Assembly: GCA_020346225.1 (NCBI GenBank)
Contig: CP070777.1
Location: 1,077,005-1,141,004, forward strand
Direction: 5' to 3'
Origin: Candidatus Zixiibacteriota bacterium
Lineage (GTDB): Bacteria; Zixibacteria; MSB-5A5; GN15; FEB-12
DNA: 64,000 nucleotides
Shown: positions 57,867 through 64,000 of the stretch, piece by piece
Layout of the letters: each line of letters opens with the position of its first letter
Position numbering within the stretch: position 1 is the first letter of the stretch
Translations under genes and position numbers: made by a program
Notes under the pieces: generated by a model
Seen by the model: the letters and a program-made list of their open reading frames with translations, nothing else
Databases searched by the model: none
What the model was told of the DNA's origin: nothing

Positions 57867-58841
57867 ATGAATACGGTTGCGTTGTTTCTGATAGTGTTCG
57901 GCGCCTTCGCCTTTATCATCGTGGCGATGTCGATCCGCATCATCCGTCCCTTCGAAAAGGGATTGGTCGAAAGGCTGGGCAAGTTTCAGCGGATTCTCGA
58001 CCCCGGTCTGAATATGATCGTACCCTTTTTCGATACCGTCCTCAAGGTCGATATGCGCGAGGTAGTGCTGGATGTTCCGCCGCAGCTGGTGATCACCGCC
58101 GACAACGTGGGAGTTGAAGTGGACGCGGTGGTATACTCCCAGGTTACCGACCCGGTCCGTTCACGCTACGAAATCACCAATTTCATAATGGCCGCCACCA
58201 AGCTGGCCCAGACCAACCTGAGAAACGTCATCGGTGAGATGGATCTCGATCACTGCCTTAGCTCGCGCGACACGATCAATGCGCAGCTTCGCGACGTGCT
58301 CGATCAGGCCACCGACAAGTGGGGCGTGAAAGTCAACCGCGTCGAGCTTCAGCGAATCGACCCGCCTCGCGACATCACCGAGGCCATGAGCCGCCAGATG
58401 AAAGCGGAGCGCGACAAGCGCGCCAAGATTCTCGATGCCGAAGCCATCCGACAGGCGGCCATTACCCAGGCCGAAGGCACCAAGATGGCCCAGATCCTCG
58501 AGGCCGAGGGTTTCGCCGAGGCCGTCAGGAGGAAAGCCGATGCCGAGAAGTACCGTCAGATTGCTGTGGCCGAGGGCGAGGCCAGGGCTATTCTGAACGT
58601 GTTCGGCGCCATTCACGAAGGCAAGCCGGATGAGGAACTTATCACCCTGAAGTACCTTGACATGCTGCCGAAGCTGGCCGACGGCAAAGCCAACAAGCTG
58701 TTTCTGCCCTATGAGGCCAGCGGGATAATCGCCTCGCTGGCGGCCATGGTGGAAGGTATGCAGACCAAACACGGGGGCGGCCGCGGCCGTGGCGGCGGCA
58801 GCGGCGAACCGTGTGAGGAAGCTCCGCCAGCCAAGGCGTGA
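57867..58841 (+). CDS. SPFH/band-7 (stomatin/slipin-like) protein
   Basis: N-terminal [29 protein letters not shown] and RAKILDAEA coiled-coil, with a Gly/Arg tail. Confidence 0.9.
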   Translation: MNTVALFLIVFGAFAFIIVAMSIRIIRPFEKGLVERLGKFQRILDPGLNMIVPFFDTVLKVDMREVVLDVPPQLVITADNVGVEVDAVVYSQVTDPVRSRYEITNFIMAATKLAQTNLRNVIGEMDLDHCLSSRDTINAQLRDVLDQATDKWGVKVNRVELQRIDPPRDITEAMSRQMKAERDKRAKILDAEAIRQAAITQAEGTKMAQILEAEGFAEAVRRKADAEKYRQIAVAEGEARAILNVFGAIHEGKPDEELITLKYLDMLPKLADGKANKLFLPYEASGIIASLAAMVEGMQTKHGGGRGRGGGSGEPCEEAPPAKA

Positions 58842-58861
58842 GCAAACCGAACGACAGATGA

Positions 58862-58899
58862 AAAGGCCGGCGTGCGAAAGCATCCGGCCTTTATTTCGT
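58862..58899 (+). terminator. probable terminator after the SPFH gene
   Basis: AAAGGCCGG (58862-58870), a 13-nt loop, CCGGCCTTT (58884-58892), then ATTTCGT. The loop is long and the T-tract is interrupted. Confidence 0.45.
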
Positions 58900-58999
58900 G
58901 GCGGTTGACGGAGGTATCTGTGGTGTGGCTCCGCCTTTTAACCAACTGCGGTCACACGGCCCCAGAAACGCAACTTTTTCGCTTTCGCCCTGTCTACTG

Positions 59000-60103
59000 A
59001 TGCATAAGCCAAAAGACTTTCGGGAGATCTCTACTTTGCCCCTCTATATCAAAGAAAAAGTCATCTTCCTGACATTAATATTGCAGCTCGCGGTTACGGC
59101 ATCTGTCTCCGCTCAGGTCAAAATCACAGAATTGAATTTCAATCAACCTCCCCCCTCGGAATCGGATATATCCCGGACCCTTCAGAGCCTGGTAAAGGTT
59201 CAGGGAACCGGCGGTCTTTATCAGGATGGTCTCTACCTGATGACTCATTTCGGTGATCGTGAGGAGATGTTTCAGTCCGAGAACCAGAGCGCGATCGATA
59301 ACCCGTGGAGAGATGACACCTGGCGCTACTGCAGCATATTTTCTAAAGCGGCAGATGACTCTGTCATGATGGGAAGAAACTGGGACAATCAAAATGTGGG
59401 TTCCATCATCGTCAGTCTATATCATCCCCCGAACGGATACTCTTCGATTTCCTTTGCCAGGGCCATTGATATGGGTTTTCCGCTGAATCTGCACCTTGAG
59501 CAAATCAAATCGAGTGAACTTGGCGGCAAGTTGCTACTGGCTCCGTTTTATGCAACCGACGGCATCAATGAACGCGGCTTGGCGGTGGCTGTTGCCGGCG
59601 TAAGGCAAATTACTCACAGCGCCAAAAGCGACAAGGAATTGGTGTTCGTCACCTTTATGGTGCGTAAGATTCTTGACCGGGCGAGCAACGTTGAAGAGGC
59701 CGTAGATCTGGTAGAGGACTTCATCCCTTTTGATCTGGATAGGAACTCGTTGAACACGCATTTCTTCGTGGCTGATTCATCGGGCAAGTCAGTTATTCTG
59801 GAATATGCTCAGGATCAGTGGAGGACAATATATCCGGATAATCCCTGGCAGGTACTAACCAACAAGCCCATATACAATGTGCCTGATAAGGACCTGAGAG
59901 ACAAATGCTGCCGTTATCGAAGCATATCCGAGACTCTCGAGAGTGCTGAAACGAATGCGGACCGGGAAACTGGTATGAAGATCCTGCAGGATGTCGCCCA
60001 GAGAGGCACCACCTGGTCTGTTATTTATTCCCCCCCGACAAGAGAACTACATTTTTCCGTCTATCAGAAGTGGGACGTAGTGTATCATTCGAGCATCCCC
60101 TGA
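59000..60103 (+). CDS. secreted Ntn-hydrolase, C45 / choloylglycine-hydrolase-like (linear amide C-N hydrolase)
   Basis: The ATG at 59000 gives a signal-like segment (VIFLTLILQLAVTASVSAQ). Internal ...WRYCSIFSKAADDSVMMGRNWDNQN fits the nucleophile-Cys...GRNxD pattern of self-processing Ntn hydrolases. Confidence 0.5.
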   Translation: MHKPKDFREISTLPLYIKEKVIFLTLILQLAVTASVSAQVKITELNFNQPPPSESDISRTLQSLVKVQGTGGLYQDGLYLMTHFGDREEMFQSENQSAIDNPWRDDTWRYCSIFSKAADDSVMMGRNWDNQNVGSIIVSLYHPPNGYSSISFARAIDMGFPLNLHLEQIKSSELGGKLLLAPFYATDGINERGLAVAVAGVRQITHSAKSDKELVFVTFMVRKILDRASNVEEAVDLVEDFIPFDLDRNSLNTHFFVADSSGKSVILEYAQDQWRTIYPDNPWQVLTNKPIYNVPDKDLRDKCCRYRSISETLESAETNADRETGMKILQDVAQRGTTWSVIYSPPTRELHFSVYQKWDVVYHSSIP

Positions 60104-60190
60104 TCCCAACGCGTTCTACACCCCTTGAACGGATGACACAACAGGTTTAAGCTTGATTGTCGATGATACAAGCTCATAATTTGGATCATT

Positions 60191-60706
60191 ATGGACGCCA
60201 AACGACAGATGCTCCGTCATTTCCTGGCCGCGCTCGCTTACCGGACCCAGAAGGCGTTGAGGGATGCTCCGGAGGGGTTTTGCGATTTCCGCGTCGATAA
60301 GTTCACGCGGACACCGCGCGAGCTGATTCTGCATATGACCGGGGTTATCCTCTATGCCAGATCAATGTTCACAGGTGGCGACACCTGGCCGCACAAAATG
60401 CCTTCATTTGAGCAAGAGATAAAGCGCTTCCACGACACCCTGGAAGAGCTTGATAGCCACATAGATTCGGGAAAGGATCCATCGGGCACGACCCTCGAGA
60501 GGTTACTTCAGGGGCCTTTGTCCGATGCCATGACCCATGTTGGCCAGATAGCCCTGCTCAGGCGGCTGTACGGCAGTCCGGTACCGGGCGAAAATTTCTT
60601 GGTGGCCGATATCGATCCGAACAATCTCTCTCCCGACCAGCCTGACCCGGTCAGTCCTGACAAAGCCCCGGTGAAACCCGGCCAGGAGGGTGAGGTCGAG
60701 CGGTAG
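60191..60706 (+). CDS. hypothetical protein, possibly DinB-superfamily four-helix bundle
   Basis: 171 aa. Spaced His residues (ILHMTG...; AMTHVGQIALLRR) resemble DinB/YfiT-like proteins. Weak call. Confidence 0.3.
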   Translation: MDAKRQMLRHFLAALAYRTQKALRDAPEGFCDFRVDKFTRTPRELILHMTGVILYARSMFTGGDTWPHKMPSFEQEIKRFHDTLEELDSHIDSGKDPSGTTLERLLQGPLSDAMTHVGQIALLRRLYGSPVPGENFLVADIDPNNLSPDQPDPVSPDKAPVKPGQEGEVER

Positions 60707-60829
60707 TCTTCCGGGGAGGTAGAGTCAAGCCTGCCTGGACTTGAGCAGACAGGACACCTTCGATAATACCCTCTTGACATGGCCGGTTCAACCCGTATTA
60801 TGCATTGCAAGGCCATCACGACCAGAACC

Positions 60830-62269
60830 ATGACCAAACAGAATCCTGACATCCGTAAACCGGCCGTTGCCGGGCTTTTTTATCCTTCCGGCGCCACCGA
60901 GTTGACCAAAGACATAGCCACTTTCTACTCGCAGGTGGACAAAGTCCCGGTTGCGGGAAGTCCCCTCGCTCTGGTCGTCCCCCACGCCGGCTATCCGTAT
61001 TCGGGGCGGACCGCCGCCAAGGCTTACAAGTTGCTCGAAGGGGAAGAGTATGACAGCGTGATCGTGGTTTCGCCGTCGCACCGGGTTTTCTTTAAAGGGT
61101 CGTCGGTGTACAACGGCGCCGGCTACGAGACCCCGCTGGGCGTGGTCGAGATTGACAAAGAGCTATCGGCCAAAATCGCATCGATTCACCCGGCCGTGTA
61201 TTTCTCCAATATGGGTCATGCCAGCGGCGCCACCCGCGGGGAGCACGCGCTCGAAGTGCAGCTTCCGTTTCTGCAGATAGTCCTCGGCAAATTCAAGCTG
61301 GTGGCGATTGTCATGGGCGACCAGGAGGAAGATTCCATCAGCTCGCTCGGTGAGACCCTGGCAGCCGCCCTGAAAGGCACCAATACCCTGGTGGTTGCCT
61401 CGACCGATCTATCGCATTTCCATCCGCAGAAAGTCGCCAACCGGCTCGACAGCGCCGTTCAGGCGGCGGTGGAGAGATTCGACCCGGATATGCTCATCGA
61501 TACTCTGGAATCCGGCAAAGGTGAGGCCTGCGGCGGCGGGATCGTGGCCGCTGTGCTCAAAGCGGCCCGCCGGCTGGGCGGCGAAAGCGTCCAGGTTCTC
61601 GAGTACACCACCTCCGGAGAAACGACCGGCGATTATCAGGAAGTTGTCGGGTATCTTTCGGCGGTGGTCTTGGGCGACCGCGAAGTGGTAGCCGGCGCGC
61701 CGGAGATCGGGGCCGCGATGAAGCGCACCAAACCCGAATTCAGTCTCAGCAGTGACGACAAGAAGCTCCTTCATCAGATTGCCCGTGAGGCCATTGCCGC
61801 GCATATCAGCCAGGAACCTTATTCTCCTCCCGGCAGCGAGGCGCTAAAAGCGGAAAGGGGCGTCTTCGTGACGCTGAAGATAAACGGCGGCCTGCGCGGA
61901 TGTATCGGCCTGATCCGGGCCCGTCAGCCGCTGAACGAGGCCGTGGCCGAAATGGCCGTGGCGGCGGCTTTTGATGACCCCCGTTTTCCGCCCCTGTCGG
62001 AGGAAGAATATCGGCTGTTGAACTACGAAATATCCGTGCTCTCGCCGCTGGAACGCGTGCATGATTTTGAGGAGATCGAAGTCGGGCGCGACGGCCTCAT
62101 GATAAAGCTCGATCTGCACTCCGGTCTGCTTCTGCCCCAGGTCGCCAGCGAGTACGGATGGAACAGAACCGAGTTCCTCGAGCAAACTTGCCTCAAAGCA
62201 GGACTGCCCAAAAGCTCCTACAAGAGCAAGCATGCCGAAGTTTACCGGTTCTCGGCCGAAGTTTTCTGA
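60830..62269 (+). CDS. fusion protein: Memo-like (AmmeMemoRadiSam protein B) N-domain plus AMMECR1 (protein A) C-domain
   Basis: N-domain: PAVAGLFYP, LVVPHAGYPYSGRTAAKAY, EHALEVQLPFLQ, STDLSHF, EACGGG. C-domain: RGVFVTLKINGGLRGCIG, FDDPRFPPL, EISVLSPLE, GLLLPQVA. Confidence 0.85.
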   Translation: MTKQNPDIRKPAVAGLFYPSGATELTKDIATFYSQVDKVPVAGSPLALVVPHAGYPYSGRTAAKAYKLLEGEEYDSVIVVSPSHRVFFKGSSVYNGAGYETPLGVVEIDKELSAKIASIHPAVYFSNMGHASGATRGEHALEVQLPFLQIVLGKFKLVAIVMGDQEEDSISSLGETLAAALKGTNTLVVASTDLSHFHPQKVANRLDSAVQAAVERFDPDMLIDTLESGKGEACGGGIVAAVLKAARRLGGESVQVLEYTTSGETTGDYQEVVGYLSAVVLGDREVVAGAPEIGAAMKRTKPEFSLSSDDKKLLHQIAREAIAAHISQEPYSPPGSEALKAERGVFVTLKINGGLRGCIGLIRARQPLNEAVAEMAVAAAFDDPRFPPLSEEEYRLLNYEISVLSPLERVHDFEEIEVGRDGLMIKLDLHSGLLLPQVASEYGWNRTEFLEQTCLKAGLPKSSYKSKHAEVYRFSAEVF

Positions 62270-62339
62270 TCCGGCCCGACCGGCCGGCACTTTCATATCT
62301 TTTGTTGTCTGCCGGGGCTTCAGGCCCTAAATTCCATCC

Positions 62340-63332
62340 ATGCCCGAGAGCAAGCAGTCGATTCTGATCACCGGCGCCAACGGCTTTGTCGGGTCGCGCC
62401 TGTGCCGCACCTTTCTCGATAACGGTTTCAATGTCATCGCCGGCGTACGCAAGAATGCCGACCTGAGGCAACTTCGCGGCCTGGAAGTTCCCTTCCGCTA
62501 TGGTGACATCTGCATAGCCGAATCCCTTGGCGAAATGGTGGCCGGTGTTGACTACATCGTTCACAACGCCGGGCTCGTTAAGGCGAAGTCCGAAGAGCAC
62601 TTTTTCGAAGTCAATGAACAGGGTACCGGGAACCTCTTTGAAGCCATCATTCGACGCAATCCCGACGCCAGGAGAGTGATTTACATTTCATCGGCGGCGG
62701 CGGCCGGACCGTCGCAAGGCGGTGTCGCGCGCGCCGAGGATGACCCTCCGGCCCCGCTCACCGAATACGGCCGCTCCAAACTGGCCGGGGAGCGAACCGC
62801 GCTGTCGTATGCCGATAAACTCAATGTCCTGGCCGTCAGGCCGCCGGCTATCTACGGTCCGGGCGACCGGGAGATCCTCAGTTTCTTCCTCGCCGCAAGT
62901 CTGCGAATCAAACCGTATATAGGCAGCACCAGGCGAAAAATGCAGCTGGTTTATGTCGACGACCTGTGCCGCGGGGTCCTGCTGGCGGTGTCCGCCCGCG
63001 CCGAGTCGGGCCGCGTGTACTACATCGCGGAAAATCGGGCCTATATGATGAAGGAGTTGATAAAGATTCTCGGCAAGACCTGCGGCAAAAGCGCTGTGCC
63101 GCTGTATGTGCCGTCGCCGGTATTTCGGCTAATCGCCTCGTTTTCGGAGAGAATCATGAAATCGCTCAACCTGACGCCAATGCTCACGGTTGAAAAGGCC
63201 AATGAACTGCTGGCATCCTGGGAAGTGTCCACGAGCCGGGCCGAAAAAGAGCTGGGTTATACATCACAGGTGCCGTTTGAAGAAGGCGCCCGCGAGACGT
63301 TTCGGTGGTATCGCACGGAGGGTTGGTTATGA
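62340..63332 (+). CDS. NAD-dependent epimerase/dehydratase family (extended SDR) protein
   Basis: ILITGANGFVGSRL and YGRSKLAGE (the YxxxK motif). 330 aa. Confidence 0.85.
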   Translation: MPESKQSILITGANGFVGSRLCRTFLDNGFNVIAGVRKNADLRQLRGLEVPFRYGDICIAESLGEMVAGVDYIVHNAGLVKAKSEEHFFEVNEQGTGNLFEAIIRRNPDARRVIYISSAAAAGPSQGGVARAEDDPPAPLTEYGRSKLAGERTALSYADKLNVLAVRPPAIYGPGDREILSFFLAASLRIKPYIGSTRRKMQLVYVDDLCRGVLLAVSARAESGRVYYIAENRAYMMKELIKILGKTCGKSAVPLYVPSPVFRLIASFSERIMKSLNLTPMLTVEKANELLASWEVSTSRAEKELGYTSQVPFEEGARETFRWYRTEGWL

Positions 63333-63751
63333 TGATGTCGGCAACACAACTGCTTTACTGTTTGGTGCTGGGTGGTGTCTATCTGATTATTGTGACGCTG
63401 ATTATGGAGTTTCTAACGCGACGGCTCAGCCTCTTCAAAGGTTTCCCCGATCCTCTCGTAGAGAAGATAAGCGGCGGCTGGCTGGTGCTTCTGATGATAA
63501 TGGAATTTCTCTTTTTCGTCGTGATTCCGACCGTCAGCTATTCCTTCTTTTATCTGGTCATGCCGTTCAGCGGTATTCGGGCCGGCATGGCCGGTGCCCT
63601 CTATGCGTTTACGCTGGGAGCCGTCCCGATCGTCATGGGTCTGTCCATGCGCATCAAGCTGCCCATGCCCTATCTGCTGTTTCTGCTTCTCAGTTATCTG
63701 GTCAAGCTGGGCGGCGCCATGGTTATCATCGCTTACCTTTACGTATTATAG
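63329..63751 (+). CDS. small integral membrane protein (about 4 TM), hypothetical
   Basis: An ATGA start/stop overlap with the SDR gene. Hydrophobic throughout. No recognisable family. Confidence 0.5.
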   Translation: MMMSATQLLYCLVLGGVYLIIVTLIMEFLTRRLSLFKGFPDPLVEKISGGWLVLLMIMEFLFFVVIPTVSYSFFYLVMPFSGIRAGMAGALYAFTLGAVPIVMGLSMRIKLPMPYLLFLLLSYLVKLGGAMVIIAYLYVL

Positions 63752-63760
63752 GTGCCTGGC

Positions 63761-64000
63761 ATGACGACACCCACGGACGACAAATTCGAGCAGGCCCGCG
63801 CCCTGTTCCCCCACGCCGGAACGATAGCCTACTTCAACTCGGCGTCATTCGGCCCCTTTTCAACGCCGGTCAGAGATGCCATTGAGGAGAACCTTCGCTT
63901 TCGGCTCGAAGCCGAGATCGACGACACGCCTGGCGTGATGGCTATCCAGGATGAGCTGCGCGGCGACTATGCCGGGCTGATCGGGGCGGCCAAAAAAGAA
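63761..64000 (+). CDS. class V aminotransferase-fold protein (cysteine desulfurase / IscS-SufS-like), 5' partial at the window edge
   Basis: My translation is open to the window end: MTTPTDDKFEQARALFPHAGTIAYFNSASFGPFSTPVRDAIEENL... The YFN.AS.GP opening is typical of class V aminotransferases. It is absent from the ORF track because no stop falls within the window. Confidence 0.55.
   Translation, partial: MTTPTDDKFEQARALFPHAGTIAYFNSASFGPFSTPVRDAIEENLRFRLEAEIDDTPGVMAIQDELRGDYAGLIGAAKKE

Noticed and set aside
1-64000. Whole-window search for tRNA/rRNA genes, CRISPR repeats, transposase/integrase genes, toxin-antitoxin pairs, restriction-modification or other defence-island signatures, and long direct or inverted repeats.
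   Set aside because: I found no T-loop (GGTTCGAATCC-type) cloverleaf candidates, no periodic repeat-spacer arrays and no recombinase or nuclease-NTPase defence-like ORFs. Gene content is core metabolic and envelope. This was an inspection by eye, so short or diverged elements could be missed.

Overview
This 64-kb window is chromosomal DNA from a moderately GC-rich diderm bacterium. The diderm call rests on TonB-dependent receptors, a FadL-type porin, LspA and Wza/Wzi-like export proteins. The phylum cannot be assigned from sequence alone. About 60 protein genes are packed tightly and most are housekeeping. The window spans the replication-origin neighbourhood (dnaA-dnaN-recF with DnaA-box clusters on both sides of dnaA). 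Other housekeeping genes include uvrA, mutM, ileS, lspA, greA, alr, birA, nadC, punA, divIVA and yggS. Accessory content: two TonB-dependent receptors, a short polysaccharide export/priming locus, a FadL plus lipoprotein pair, an NfeD/SPFH pair, arsM and rex. I found no rRNA, tRNA, CRISPR array, transposase, integrase or recognisable defence gene. I did not find a clear novel multi-gene system. The most notable points are: (1) a textbook TPP riboswitch in front of a TonB-dependent receptor plus sodium:solute symporter pair, probably for thiamine or precursor scavenging; (2) a bipartite oriC candidate, with one unbroken run of minus-strand genes crossing it; (3) a near-perfect Rex operator overlapping the rex promoter; (4) an untracked 58-aa zinc-ribbon ORF with its own promoter and Shine-Dalgarno (SD) sequence; (5) a Memo-AMMECR1 fusion protein with no radical-SAM partner nearby; (6) two apparent pseudoenzymes, an aminotransferase fold lacking the PLP lysine and an esterase fold lacking the nucleophile serine, in envelope-related operons. 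All functional calls come from reading motifs by eye. No database search or computation was run.
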